Counted from the stretch's first letter, positions 30,368 to 41,332 are shown. The stretch is DNA of 64,000 bases from Acidaminococcaceae bacterium (GCA_017443005.1 JAFSPK010000052.1:265-64264), one strand, 5' to 3'. Notes: generated by a model not told the origin, from the sequence alone. A program made the numbers and translations.

Positions 30368-31597
30368 ATGTTACCTGTAAACAAAAAGCGTGTAGAAGAG
30401 CTCATCGGGGGGCTGGCCAAATTCGGGAAAACCGAAGCGGGCATTACCCGTCTGGCTTATACCAATACGGACAAGGCGGCCCAGATGTGGCTGTTGAAAC
30501 AGATTGAGTACCTGAACCTGGAAGTGCGGGAGGATGTGTTGGGAAATCTGTTCCTGCGCCGTCCGGGACTGAATCCGAACATTCCTCCGGTTGCCTGCGG
30601 CTCCCATCTGGATACGGTGATCCACGGCGGCGCCTATGACGGAATGTGCGGCGTTGTGGGCGCCCTGGAAGCACTGCACATGCTGGCCGATGAAACGTTG
30701 CGGCGCAGCATCGAGGTAATCGTATTCCGGGCGGAAGAGTCCAGCCGTTTCGGCTTTGCCACCATTGCCAGCAAACTGATTACAGGCAAGGCTGCGCCGG
30801 AGAAGTTCGCCAATGCCTGCCGCAAAGACGACATTACCTTTAAGGAAGCCGTGAAAGAGTGGGGCGGTAATCTGGATGCATACGAAAAGGCGTTGTTAAA
30901 GCCGGGAGCCTATAAGTGCTTCGCGGAGATGCACATCGAACAGGGCAAGGTGCTGGAAGAAACCGGAAACCAGATCGGTATCGTCCATAATATAGCGGCG
31001 CCCACCCGGTTCAAACTGCACATTACCGGCATGGCCGACCATTCCGGCGCAACGCCCATGGGTTTCCGGAAGGATGCGCTGGTCAGCGCGGCCAAGCTGG
31101 TGCTGGCAGTGGAGACGGCGGCAATCAACGAAAAAGATAACGGAACGGTAGGTACGGTGGGTATCGTAGAAGTGGATCCCGGTTCCATTAACGTAGTGCC
31201 GGGCAAGGTGACGCTGTGGGTAGATGTGCGGGGTGTGAATACGGAAAGCATACAGCGCACCCTGAAAGAGATCCGGCAGGCGGTTCAGGGCACCGCCCGG
31301 ACCGACGGCGTGGAAATCAAAGAAGAAATGCTGACCTCTGACACGCCGGTGGCGTTGGACGAAAAACTGGCGGCCCAGTCGGAAGCAATCTGTACAGAAC
31401 AGAAGAAATCATTCCTGCACATGAACAGCGGCGCAGGTCACGATGCCATGCACATGCCGGCCATCTGTCCGACTACCATGCTGTTCATTCCCTGCAAGGG
31501 CGGCGTCAGCCACAACCCGGAAGAATTCGCAAAGACAGAAGATATCTGCGCAGGCATCGAAGTGCTGGCGGAAATTCTGAAACGGGAAGCCCGGTAA
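30368..31597 (+). CDS. Zn-dependent M20 hydrolase (N-carbamoyl-amino acid/allantoate amidohydrolase family)
   Basis: GSHLDTV..GG.YDG, EESSRF, EMHIEQG, SGAGHDAM, SHNPEE. Confidence 0.9.
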   Translation: MLPVNKKRVEELIGGLAKFGKTEAGITRLAYTNTDKAAQMWLLKQIEYLNLEVREDVLGNLFLRRPGLNPNIPPVACGSHLDTVIHGGAYDGMCGVVGALEALHMLADETLRRSIEVIVFRAEESSRFGFATIASKLITGKAAPEKFANACRKDDITFKEAVKEWGGNLDAYEKALLKPGAYKCFAEMHIEQGKVLEETGNQIGIVHNIAAPTRFKLHITGMADHSGATPMGFRKDALVSAAKLVLAVETAAINEKDNGTVGTVGIVEVDPGSINVVPGKVTLWVDVRGVNTESIQRTLKEIRQAVQGTARTDGVEIKEEMLTSDTPVALDEKLAAQSEAICTEQKKSFLHMNSGAGHDAMHMPAICPTTMLFIPCKGGVSHNPEEFAKTEDICAGIEVLAEILKREAR

Positions 31598-31602
31598 GGT
31601 TA

Positions 31603-31766
31603 TATGGAAACGCTGATTAATTCGTCTGCACGCTGTCCGGTGCTTTTTGTGACTGACTGCGTCAATGTCCCTCAACGCAGCTACGGCTGCGCCTTCGGGC
31701 CATTTCCTTGTCAGTCGCAAAAAGCCCTCGGTCATCGCACAAACTCATTTAATCAGCGTCTCCATA
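31603..31766. mobile_element. 164-bp palindromic element, copy 2
   Basis: TATGGAAACGCTGATTAA...TTAATCAGCGTCTCCATA. Confidence 0.85.
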
Positions 31767-31903
31767 ACAGAATGATAAAGCGTGATCCTGAATTTCATAC
31801 ACAATTTTGGCACGATCACAAGTTATAATGAAAATGACAGAAATCTTTGATGAATAAACATGACAGCGTGTTGTGGTACCGAATACAATTAAGGAGGAAG
31901 GCT

Positions 31904-32434
31904 ATGCGTGCATTCGTAGGTTTACTGACTGTCGTCCTGTCGCTGTTATCTTTCTTTCCCGCAGCCCATGCTGATGTGATCGATCCGGGGAATCCGTACC
32001 GGAGACCGCACCGTCCGGATTTGGAACATCCGGCTACACAGGTGTACAGACAGCGCGAACCGGATTTTACCCTGACCCAGGTCCCAGGAAAGGACAGAAC
32101 CTATTTGCTGAAGGTGACCCTGCCCGGTCCCTGCCAGTGGGGGTTCCGTGTGCTTGTGGAAGAAGAAGGAACCACGGCCATGAAATTGCTGGAGAAAGCA
32201 GGATGGTTTCCCGTTCCTGACGTAAAGAAGGAAACGGACAGCCGCGAATTTTTAATACCGCTTCCAAAGGACAAGGAAAAAGTAAAATTCCTGATGGCTG
32301 TGGATTTTCGCCTGTACCGATTCCGGGAAACCCGCTACGGTCCCAAAGTATATGGACCGGAAAGGAAAGTTGAATCACTGGATCGTGTTTATGAATTGAC
32401 AATGGTGGACGGGAAGCAAATACTGAATCAATAA
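31904..32434 (+). CDS. Exported hypothetical protein
   Basis: AGGAGG RBS, signal peptide ending AHA. Confidence 0.65.
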   Translation: MRAFVGLLTVVLSLLSFFPAAHADVIDPGNPYRRPHRPDLEHPATQVYRQREPDFTLTQVPGKDRTYLLKVTLPGPCQWGFRVLVEEEGTTAMKLLEKAGWFPVPDVKKETDSREFLIPLPKDKEKVKFLMAVDFRLYRFRETRYGPKVYGPERKVESLDRVYELTMVDGKQILNQ

Positions 32435-32520
32435 ACAGGATTCTGATATTGTGTAAATGGATGGATTCCTGTAATGGCTCCGTCGTTTTTTGAAACGTTT
32501 TTTCAAAGCATTTCCTGTTT

Positions 32521-33624
32521 TTGAGACAGTATGTAAGAGAGGCAGATTTGTTAGCAATCTTTACGGTATTGCATTTTCTGGTGGACGGCATCTGTGCGGC
32601 GGCCATGGCTGCCTATGCCGTGCAGGAGCCATTGCTGGCTCCCATAGTTTATTATTTCGGCCTGTATAACGCCATTGCCTTTGGCGCCCAGTGGCTGACA
32701 GGCTGGCTCTTTGATAAAAAGGAAAACTGGTTACGGTACGCGTTCCTGTTTGTCCTGCTGACATTAGGACTGGGTACGCAGTCTGCGCTGGGTATCCGGA
32801 CGCAAACGCTGCTGCTGGGGATCGGCAACAGCGTGTTCCATGTAGCGGCAGGCAGTCTGGTGCTGCGGCGTTACACGACGTACAAAGAACTGGGGATCTT
32901 TGTTTCCAGCGGCGCGGTAGGGTTGGCCCTGGGATTGAATTGCATTGTGGGCCCGTATCCTTTTTTGTTTGCCTGCGCCGTGCTGTGCGCTGTAGTGACC
33001 CGGCGTTTGTGGCGTGCGGATATTCCGGAAGCTGTTGCAGTGCAAACGGTGCTTACGAATTTATCAATAGATACCGTGTCGGACGCAGTATCATCGCAAA
33101 AAACGCTACAGACAGAAGCAGAAGGCTTTTGCCCGCCTGAGACTCCGGACAGTAATTCGTCCACGGTTCCCCTGCGATGGCTTACCGGCCTCTGCCTGAT
33201 TCTGCTGTTAGGCTGTATTGTGCTGCGGGGCTTTGGCAGCGGCGGCGCGGCCGGTTCGTATGTGATGCTCTTTCCCTGCGTCTTTGCAGCGGGAAAAGCA
33301 TTGGGCGGCGTTGTCTGCGACAGGGCAGGATATCCGAAGACCATCCTTTTTATTTTCCTGTTAAGTTTTCTTGCGCTGCAGCTGTCCGGCCTGTTGGCAG
33401 CGGTGCTTCTGGTTCTGGCGTTTAATATGACCATGCCGTTGACATTGCGGCTGGTACACTGGTGCAACCCCCGGTATCCGGGCCTGATGTTCGGTCTGGC
33501 GGCGGGCTGCCTGTTGCCGGGCGTCTTTTATAAAGGCTTTTCCATACCGCCTCAGGGGATGGCGGTGCTGCAGTTCCTCTGCCTGGCCGCGGCGGGGTGG
33601 CTGTTGCAGAAAAGTGTGAATTGA
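32521..33624 (+). CDS. MFS-like membrane protein
   Basis: About 11-12 hydrophobic segments, HFLVD, GNSVFHV, central polar loop. Confidence 0.6.
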   Translation: MRQYVREADLLAIFTVLHFLVDGICAAAMAAYAVQEPLLAPIVYYFGLYNAIAFGAQWLTGWLFDKKENWLRYAFLFVLLTLGLGTQSALGIRTQTLLLGIGNSVFHVAAGSLVLRRYTTYKELGIFVSSGAVGLALGLNCIVGPYPFLFACAVLCAVVTRRLWRADIPEAVAVQTVLTNLSIDTVSDAVSSQKTLQTEAEGFCPPETPDSNSSTVPLRWLTGLCLILLLGCIVLRGFGSGGAAGSYVMLFPCVFAAGKALGGVVCDRAGYPKTILFIFLLSFLALQLSGLLAAVLLVLAFNMTMPLTLRLVHWCNPRYPGLMFGLAAGCLLPGVFYKGFSIPPQGMAVLQFLCLAAAGWLLQKSVN

Positions 33625-33632
33625 GGTTTTTC

Positions 33633-34898
33633 ATGAATGCTGTTTTAACTTCTGATATTTCGGTTATTGCCGTGTTCCTGCAGGGACTCTTCAGCTTCTT
33701 TTCCCCCTGCGTGCTGCCGCTGCTGCCGGTGTATTTCGGGTATTTGTCCGGCGGTACGGGGGAGCGTAACACTGACGGCAGCCTGCGCTTTGACCGGGGA
33801 AAAGTGCTCCTTAATACCTTGCTTTTTGTCCTGGGCATCAGCTCGGCGTTTTTCCTGTTGGGGCTGGGCGCTTCCGCTGCGGGCAGTGCTTTAATTAAAC
33901 AGCAGAAGCTGATTACGCGTATCGGCGGGATCCTCATGATCCTGTTCGGTCTGTACCAGTCCGGGCTGCTGGGGGAGTGGGGGGTTCTGGCCAGAGAGCG
34001 GAGACTGCCGTTCCGGATTGAAACGATGACAGCATCTCCGGTTATGGCTTTTGTTTTCGGTTTTGTTTTCAGTTTTGCCTGGACGCCATGTGTGGGCCCC
34101 ATGCTCAGCAGTGTTTTAATTCTGGCGGCGGCGGAGCCGGAGAAAGGAATGGTGATGATTTTGTTTTACACACTGGGATTTGTGATTCCCTTTCTTTTGT
34201 TAGGTCTGTTTTCGGAAACCGTACTGAATCTGGTGAAAAAGCATAAAGGCGTTATGGCCTTTACGGTAAAAGCGGGCAGCGTACTGATGATCGTGCTGGG
34301 GCTGCTGCTGTTTACCGGAAAACTGGACGGCGTAGGGACTGCCGCGCCGCAGCAGGACGCAGCGCAAAATACACAGCAGGATGCAGCGCAAAATGATAAG
34401 CAAACCCAAAGCGAACAGCAAACCCAAAATGCAACGCAAGGGGAACAAAAAGATCAAAACGCAGTCGCTGCGATCCCGTTTACGTTAAAAGACCAATACG
34501 GTAAAACCCACACTCTGGCCGACTACCAAGGCAAGATCGTCTTCCTGAATTTCTGGGCCACATGGTGCCCGCCATGCCGGGCCGAAATGCCGGATATCCA
34601 GAAGCTGTATGAACGTTCTCCCCGGGACGGTAAGGACGCGGTAATCGTGTTAGGCGTAGCCGCGCCGAAACTGGGAGGTGAAAAAGATGAAGCCGGCATC
34701 AAAGCGTTTATGGATAAAAACGGATACGCCTACCCTGTGTTGATGGACAAGAAAGGCAAACTGTTCGAAGCATACGGCATCCGGGCCATTCCCACCACCT
34801 ATCTGATTGACCGTAACGGAAATATTATCGGCAGGGTGCAGGGCGCCCTTTCCGCGGAGAACATTGAGCGGATCGTACAGGAAGCCCTGTCACGCTGA
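33633..34898 (+). CDS. ccdA: CcdA-TlpA (thiol:disulfide) fusion
   Basis: SFFSPCVLPL, WTPCVGP, Gln-rich linker with a 24-bp repeat, FWATWCPPC. Confidence 0.9.
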   Translation: MNAVLTSDISVIAVFLQGLFSFFSPCVLPLLPVYFGYLSGGTGERNTDGSLRFDRGKVLLNTLLFVLGISSAFFLLGLGASAAGSALIKQQKLITRIGGILMILFGLYQSGLLGEWGVLARERRLPFRIETMTASPVMAFVFGFVFSFAWTPCVGPMLSSVLILAAAEPEKGMVMILFYTLGFVIPFLLLGLFSETVLNLVKKHKGVMAFTVKAGSVLMIVLGLLLFTGKLDGVGTAAPQQDAAQNTQQDAAQNDKQTQSEQQTQNATQGEQKDQNAVAAIPFTLKDQYGKTHTLADYQGKIVFLNFWATWCPPCRAEMPDIQKLYERSPRDGKDAVIVLGVAAPKLGGEKDEAGIKAFMDKNGYAYPVLMDKKGKLFEAYGIRAIPTTYLIDRNGNIIGRVQGALSAENIERIVQEALSR

Positions 34899-35061
34899 CA
34901 ACGTACCGGTTCCCTGCCTGTGAGATATACGAAGTTTGATGATACACGAAGAACAGGTTCCGTAACGATTGAAAACACAGTGAAATATAATATAACCTTT
35001 TCAAATTCCTAAAAAAGTAGTATATTATAAGGTAACATATATATCGTAGGAGGATGCTTCT

Positions 35062-36776
35062 ATGTGGAAGCTCAGGCTGAAAAAAACACTGTATATTCTT
35101 TTCGCTGCGAGCTTTTTCCTTCTGGCGGGTTGTCAGAGTGAAACGAATAAACAGGAACCAAAACCCCAACAGGTGAAAACCCAGATACTGCATAAACAGG
35201 ATAACGGCATTGCCTTTTCCCAGGAATCCGGAGTCTATCATACGCCGGAACTGAAGGTGCGCATGAAAGCACCGGCGGGATATACCATCGCTTATACGAC
35301 AAACGGGACGAAGCCGACGGCTAAGGATGCCAGCGGCAAGGCGGAAGTGGAAGTCACACTGAACGGCGGGATGTCCGGTTACCTTATGGATCACAAAAAG
35401 CTGATGCTGACCCCGGAGTTTTATAATTCCGTCCTGTACGAGAGCAATGAACTGCCGGTGGGCGTGGTGCTGAATGCGTCGCTGGTCGACGGGAAGGGCG
35501 CGGTGGTCAAAGAGCCCCGCACCATGGTCTACTCCTGATGCAGGACAAGTTAGCGGACCGGTTCCCGAACTGTACGGTCATTTCGATTACTACAGACCCG
35601 AAGAACCTGCTGGATCACAAAACCGGTATTATGGCTCCCGGAGCCATATATGACGCGTGGAAGCAGACGGATGCCGGGAAGAAGATCATCGCGGGCCAGG
35701 AATGGTGGAAAGCCGAAACGAACAGCAGTCAGCACGGTAAGAAGTGGGAACGTCCCTGCCAGCTGCAGTTGTATACGACCGGCGAGAAACCGGCCATTGA
35801 ACTGGACGCCGGTTTGCGGATCCGGGGCGGCATGTCCCGGAGACAGAACCAGAAGTCCTTTACACTGTATTTCAGAGATACCTATGGACCGAAAACGCTT
35901 CATTTCGCACTTTTTGATGATAAAGAAGAGGATTTTAAGCGGTTCGGCCTGCGGAACGGCGGCGACGACTCCCAGTATACGAAATTTAAGGATGTCATGC
36001 TGCAGGACATGGCCAAAGGCGGAAAATATACCGTGTTACGGAACCGTCCGGCTGTTGTATTTTTGAACGGGGAATACTGGGGGCCCTATGCACTGTGCGA
36101 GATTACGACAGCTAACATGATGAAAGACCGGTACGGGGTGGATGAAAAGAACCTGATCGTCATCAAGGAAGCGGAGCTGGATGTAGGCAAAAAGGAAGAC
36201 CTGCGTCTGCATGAAGAGCTGAAGGCCTTTAAGGATAAGGACCTGACAGACCCGGACATCTACCGTCAGTTCTGCGATGTGATAGACGTGCAGTCCATGG
36301 CGGATTATTTTGCGTTGCAGGTTTACATCGGCAATGCAGACATTGAACCGGATCATAACCATATCATCTGGCGCACCAGGGACAAGTCCTATAACGGCGG
36401 CCGTTGGCAGTATATATTGCACGATCTGGATTACAGCGCGGGACATTACGATGAAAAATCGACTTCCGCCAATACGGATCATTTCGCCATGGTCCGGAAG
36501 AAATTCCCGCTGTTTGCGGCGGCAATAAAAAATGAAAACTTCTATGATATGTTTTTGTCTTCCCTGAAGAAAATCGGTTCACAGAACTTTAGCTATGATA
36601 AAGTCAGGGATAAAATGGATTTCTACGATAAAATGTGGGGACCGCTGATGCCTGATTTCTACAAGCGGTTCGGCGATACGGCGAATCTGCGGAAACGCTG
36701 CATGAATTCCACGCTGAACTTCTTCCAGAGAAGATATGATGTCATCATTCCGATTGTGGAAAATTGGAAACCGTGA
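35062..36776 (+). pseudogene. CotH-kinase family lipoprotein split by a 1-bp frameshift at ~35533
   Basis: Lipobox LAGC and an FN3-like N-part (YTTNGTKPT); CotH motifs RGGMSR, LRNGG, NGEYWG.Y, D.DYS; junction TAC TCC TGA TG. Confidence 0.7.
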
Positions 36777-36822
36777 TAAGTCAGCATGTAATAATATATT
36801 AAATAAGCGAGGGGGAACCAAC

Positions 36823-38454
36823 ATGAATGGTGCGGACGCAATTGTAAAGTGTCTGGAATTGGAAAACGTAGAATATGTATTCGGCTATCCGGGCGTTGCT
36901 ATCTGTCCTTTTTATGACAGTATTCTGAACGCGGACATCAAAACGATTCTGGTGCGCCACGAACAGCATGCGGCCCACGCGGCCAGCGGCTATGCGCGCC
37001 TGACCGGGAAGGTGGGCGTGGTAGCGGTTACCAGCGGCCCCGGCGCCACCAATGTGATCACCGGTATTGCCACGGCCTACGCGGACAGCATCCCGCTGGT
37101 GGTCATCACCGGACAGGTAGACAGCCGACTCATGGGAAGCGATGTGTTCCAGGAAGCGGATATTTCCGGCGCATGCGAATCCTTTGTTAAATACAGTTAC
37201 ATCATCCGTAAGGCGGAGGATGTGCCTTACGTCGTGAAAGAAGCGTTCCACATTGCCAACACAGGACGGAAAGGGCCGGTGCTGATTGATTTCCCCATTG
37301 ATATCCAGAATCAGAAAATAAATAAGTTTGAATATCCGGACAACCTTTCCATGCCGTCCTATAAACCCACGGTCAAGGGGAATCCGAAACAGATCGACAA
37401 GGTGGTACGGGAACTGAAAAAGGCCAAACGCCCCCTGATCTGTACCGGCGGCGGCGCCCACTTAAGCGGCGCGGCGGATGTGATTCGTGCCTTTGCGGAT
37501 AAGCATCGGATCCCGGTGGTTTCCACCATGATGGGCCTGGGAACCATGCCTACGGAGCACCCCATGTTTTTCGGCATGGTAGGCAATAACGGACAGGCCT
37601 ACGGCAACCGGGCCATGAACCAGGCGGACATGATCCTGCTGGCCGGCGCCCGGGTGGCGGATCGTTCCATTGCCCGTCCCAATGAAATCGAGGACAACAA
37701 GGTGCTGGTCCATATCGACGTAGACCCGGCAGAAATCGGAAAGAACGCAGGTCCTTCCATTCCGCTGGTAGGCGATTTGAAGCACGTGTTCATGGATTTG
37801 GATAAAGAAGAGATCCGTCCGGCAACGGAAGAATGGCTGGCTACCCTGGCCGGCTACCGCGAAGAAGCGGAAGCTGCCAAAAAAGCCAAAGCGGACCTGG
37901 TGATAACGCCGGGAACCGTGGACCCGACACACTTTATCCATGCGCTGTCCGATGCCATGGATAAGAACGCGGTGTATGTGGCGGACGTGGGACAGAACCA
38001 GCTCTGGTCCTGTGCCAACTGCATCATCCGGGATGGCCGGTTCTTCACCACCGGCGGCATGGGCTGCATGGGTTACTCCGTACCAGCGGCCATGGGCGCC
38101 AAGGTAGGCGATCCGTCCCGGCAGGTGGTTGCCGTTTGCGGTGACGGCGGCTTCCAGATGTGCATGATGGAACTGGGAACCATGCGCCAGTACAAAGTAC
38201 CGGTGAAGATTGCCGTAATTCGCAACAATGTACTGGGCCTGGTACGGCAGTTCCAGCACTTTAACTATAAAGACCGGTTCTCCGTCATCGACCTGACCGG
38301 CAGCCCGGACCTGGAATCCATCGCGGCGGCCTACGGGATGAAGTTCCTGCACCTGAATGACGAAAAGAAGATGGAGGAAACCATCAAAGCGTTCCTGGAA
38401 AAAGATGAATCTGTATTGCTCCAGTGTGATGTAGATCCGAACGAGGTGGCCTGA
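36823..38454 (+). CDS. ilvB: Acetolactate synthase large subunit
   Basis: FGYPG, RHEQ, TSGPGATN, DVGQNQ, GDGGFQM. Confidence 0.93.
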   Translation: MNGADAIVKCLELENVEYVFGYPGVAICPFYDSILNADIKTILVRHEQHAAHAASGYARLTGKVGVVAVTSGPGATNVITGIATAYADSIPLVVITGQVDSRLMGSDVFQEADISGACESFVKYSYIIRKAEDVPYVVKEAFHIANTGRKGPVLIDFPIDIQNQKINKFEYPDNLSMPSYKPTVKGNPKQIDKVVRELKKAKRPLICTGGGAHLSGAADVIRAFADKHRIPVVSTMMGLGTMPTEHPMFFGMVGNNGQAYGNRAMNQADMILLAGARVADRSIARPNEIEDNKVLVHIDVDPAEIGKNAGPSIPLVGDLKHVFMDLDKEEIRPATEEWLATLAGYREEAEAAKKAKADLVITPGTVDPTHFIHALSDAMDKNAVYVADVGQNQLWSCANCIIRDGRFFTTGGMGCMGYSVPAAMGAKVGDPSRQVVAVCGDGGFQMCMMELGTMRQYKVPVKIAVIRNNVLGLVRQFQHFNYKDRFSVIDLTGSPDLESIAAAYGMKFLHLNDEKKMEETIKAFLEKDESVLLQCDVDPNEVA

Positions 38455-38455
38455 C

Positions 38456-38938
38456 ATGAAACGAATTTATAATGTATTAGTAAAAAACCAGTCCGGTGTT
38501 CTCTGCAAGGTTTCCGGTTTGTTCTGGAGACGCTGCTTCAACATTGATTCCCTGGCGGTAGGCGAAACGGAAGATACGGCTATATCCAATATGACCATCG
38601 TCAGCACGGGGGACGATCATACCCAGGAGCAGATCGAAAAGCAGCTGAATAAAAAGATCGACGTAATCAAAGTCAAGACCTTTGATGAAAAAGAAGCGGT
38701 CTGCCGCGAGCTGATGCTGATCAAAGTGAAATACACGAGAGACAACCGCAGGGACATCATTGATAACTGCGCGGTGATGAACGCAACAATCATCGACATG
38801 GGCAACAACATGATGACGATCCAGATCTGTGATACGCCGGAGCGGGCGCAGATTTTCCTGGACAGCATCAACCATATAAAAATAGTAGAAATCACACGCT
38901 CCGGAACCGTGGCCCTGACCAAATGCAAAGAAGGATAA
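38456..38938 (+). CDS. ilvN: Acetolactate synthase small subunit
   Basis: N..GVL, FNIDSLAV, KQLNK, RELMLIKV, RSG. Confidence 0.9.
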   Translation: MKRIYNVLVKNQSGVLCKVSGLFWRRCFNIDSLAVGETEDTAISNMTIVSTGDDHTQEQIEKQLNKKIDVIKVKTFDEKEAVCRELMLIKVKYTRDNRRDIIDNCAVMNATIIDMGNNMMTIQICDTPERAQIFLDSINHIKIVEITRSGTVALTKCKEG

Positions 38939-39050
38939 TGCGCCTTGCAGTGTTGCATGGTAAGAACCATTGTTTTACATTTTTTAATGGATTGATACTA
39001 CAGTGATACGCTGCCGGCTGACAGCAAAAAAGAACTCAGGGAGATTTGCT

Positions 39051-40763
39051 ATGGGCAGGAATAAACGTAAGTTTTCAAGCATCGGAGACATAGTGGGGAA
39101 TGTCCGTCGCCTTGTCCTGATTGTGGACGACGAGGAAATTAACCGGCTGATCCTGGGCAACATTATGGGATCCCAGTATCAGATTGCCTATGCCGTCGAT
39201 GGCGTGGAAGCGCTGAAGTTTGTACAGGAAAACTACAGGAACCTTTCTGCTGTTTTGCTGGATCTGAACATGCCGAATATGGACGGACGCACCCTTTTGA
39301 AAATGATGAAAGCGGATCCGCTTACGTCCCGTATTCCGGTGCTGGTTGCCACAGGGGTTAAAGAAGAAGAGGTGCAGTGCCTGCAGGAAGGGGCCTGCGA
39401 CTTTTTCGCCAAACCGTACGACATGCCGGAAGTACTCCGGGCCAGGGTAGCCAACGCAATCAAAATGGCGGAAGACAGCGAGTTTATTGAAGTTGCGGAA
39501 AAAGACGCGCTGACGGGACTGTATGCCCGGGACTTTTTCTACCGGTATTGCGAGCAGCTTGACCGAAACATTGCCGGGGAAAAAGATGCGCTCGCCTTGG
39601 ATATCGACCGGTTTAAACTGATCAACGGACTGTATGGCAAAGCGTTTGGGGACAAGGTACTGATTAAAATTGCCGAGATCCTGGTGGATATGGTACGTAA
39701 AAACAACGGTCTCGTCTGCCGTCCCAATGCGGATACGTTCCTGATTTACCAGGACCATCTGCCGGATTATGATGCGTTTGTAACCCAATTGAACGAAGCG
39801 GTGAACGAGGCATTGGGTAATGCCCACATCCGTCTCCGGATCGGGATTTATGAAAACGCTGACCAGACCATCGATGTGTTGACACGGTTTGACAGAGCGC
39901 ATATTGCCTGCGACAAGGCAAAAGATAATTACTCCCATCTTTACGAGGTGTATGACGAAGTATCCCACCGTCAGCAGCTGGAGTCTCAGAAATACATTTC
40001 GGCCATGGAGGATGCCCTGAAGCAGCGGGAATTTATTACATACTACCAGCCCAAGTATGATATGACCGGCGACACGCCGCGGCTGGCAGGGGCCGAGGCG
40101 CTGGTGCGGTGGCAGAGCAAGACGGAAGGCGGGATGATCTCCCCCAGCAAGTTTATCCCGCTGTTTGAACAGAACGGGCTGATTTACAAGCTGGACCTGT
40201 ATATCTGGGAAGAAGTGGCCCGTCAGATGAAGGAATGGAAAGATAAGTATTCTTTCAATTTCCCCATCTCCGTGAATGTGTCCCGTGTTGACCTGTATTC
40301 ACCCAATCTATTGCTCGAGATAGAGCAGATCATTGACCGGCACGGCCTCACGTTCCGCGACCTGGCCCTGGAGATTACAGAATCTGTCTGTGCTGCCGAT
40401 ACGGAAACGATTCTTTCCGTGGTACGGAATCTCAGGGATCATGGTTTTAAAATTGAGATGGATGACTTCGGCAGCGGCTATTCTTCGCTGAACATGCTGT
40501 CCAGGATGCCTATCAATGTATTAAAGATGGATATGAAATTCTTCCAGCGGAATGCGGGCAATGACGAAATCATGGATGCCATGATACGGCTGATCATCGA
40601 CTTTGCCAAAGTGATGAAGGTGCCCGTGATCGCGGAAGGCGTGGAAGATAAAGAACAGGCTGATTACCTGAAGGCGATTGGCTGCGATATGATCCAGGGT
40701 TATTATTTTGGCAGGCCCATGCCTGCGGCGGAGTTTGAGAAGCTGCTGCAACAGAACTGCTGA
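39051..40763 (+). CDS. REC-GGDEF(degenerate NADTF)-EAL response regulator phosphodiesterase
   Basis: LIVDD, LLDLNMP, KP; EALVRW, DDFGSGYSSL. Confidence 0.88.
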   Translation: MGRNKRKFSSIGDIVGNVRRLVLIVDDEEINRLILGNIMGSQYQIAYAVDGVEALKFVQENYRNLSAVLLDLNMPNMDGRTLLKMMKADPLTSRIPVLVATGVKEEEVQCLQEGACDFFAKPYDMPEVLRARVANAIKMAEDSEFIEVAEKDALTGLYARDFFYRYCEQLDRNIAGEKDALALDIDRFKLINGLYGKAFGDKVLIKIAEILVDMVRKNNGLVCRPNADTFLIYQDHLPDYDAFVTQLNEAVNEALGNAHIRLRIGIYENADQTIDVLTRFDRAHIACDKAKDNYSHLYEVYDEVSHRQQLESQKYISAMEDALKQREFITYYQPKYDMTGDTPRLAGAEALVRWQSKTEGGMISPSKFIPLFEQNGLIYKLDLYIWEEVARQMKEWKDKYSFNFPISVNVSRVDLYSPNLLLEIEQIIDRHGLTFRDLALEITESVCAADTETILSVVRNLRDHGFKIEMDDFGSGYSSLNMLSRMPINVLKMDMKFFQRNAGNDEIMDAMIRLIIDFAKVMKVPVIAEGVEDKEQADYLKAIGCDMIQGYYFGRPMPAAEFEKLLQQNC

Positions 40764-40826
40764 ACCCGGCTGACCGCTGTTGCAAAAGGAAAGAATGCAA
40801 GGATTGCAGAAAGGAAATGTGTAATT

Positions 40827-41165
40827 ATGCTGTCAATGGAATCATTAAAAGAGTATGGCGTGAAAACCAATGAAGGTCTGGCAAGATGCTGCAACATGGA
40901 GGCGTTTTATTTTAAAATGATTACAGCCAGCGTCAATGATGCGAACTTTGATAAATTAGGCAAAGCGCTGGAAGCAAAGGATCTGAAAGAGGCCTTTGAA
41001 GCGGCCCATGCGTTAAAAGGCGTTGCCGGGAACCTGGCGCTGGATCCCTTATACGACGCCATATGTGAAATCGTGGAGCCGTTGCGGGCCGGGGAAGACC
41101 GGGATTATACAGAAGCCTATAAGAAAGTGACAGACGCCCGGGACCGGCTGATTGCAATCATTTAG
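40827..41165 (+). CDS. Standalone Hpt phosphotransfer protein
   Basis: AAHALKGVAGNL. Confidence 0.88.
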   Translation: MLSMESLKEYGVKTNEGLARCCNMEAFYFKMITASVNDANFDKLGKALEAKDLKEAFEAAHALKGVAGNLALDPLYDAICEIVEPLRAGEDRDYTEAYKKVTDARDRLIAII

Positions 41166-41168
41166 GTT

Positions 41169-41332
41169 TACGGAAACACTGATTAATTCGTCTGCACGCT
41201 GACCGGTGCTTTTTGTGATTGACTGCGTCAATGTCCCTTGACGCAGCTACGGCTGCGCCTTCGGGCCATTTCCTTGTCAGTCGCAAAAAGCCCTCGGTCA
41301 TCGCACAAACTCATTTAATCAGCGTCTCCTTC
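41169..41332. mobile_element. 164-bp palindromic element, copy 3
   Basis: TACGGAAACACTGATTAA...TTAATCAGCGTCTCCTTC. Confidence 0.85.

Noticed and set aside
31409-31828. Recurrent ORFs MTEGFLRLTRKW... and METLINSSAR...
   Set aside because: They are translations of the 164-bp repeat, not genes.
18599-41332. CRISPR array or integron cassette array
   Set aside because: The repeats are dispersed 10-13 kb apart with no spacer periodicity, cas genes or integrase.
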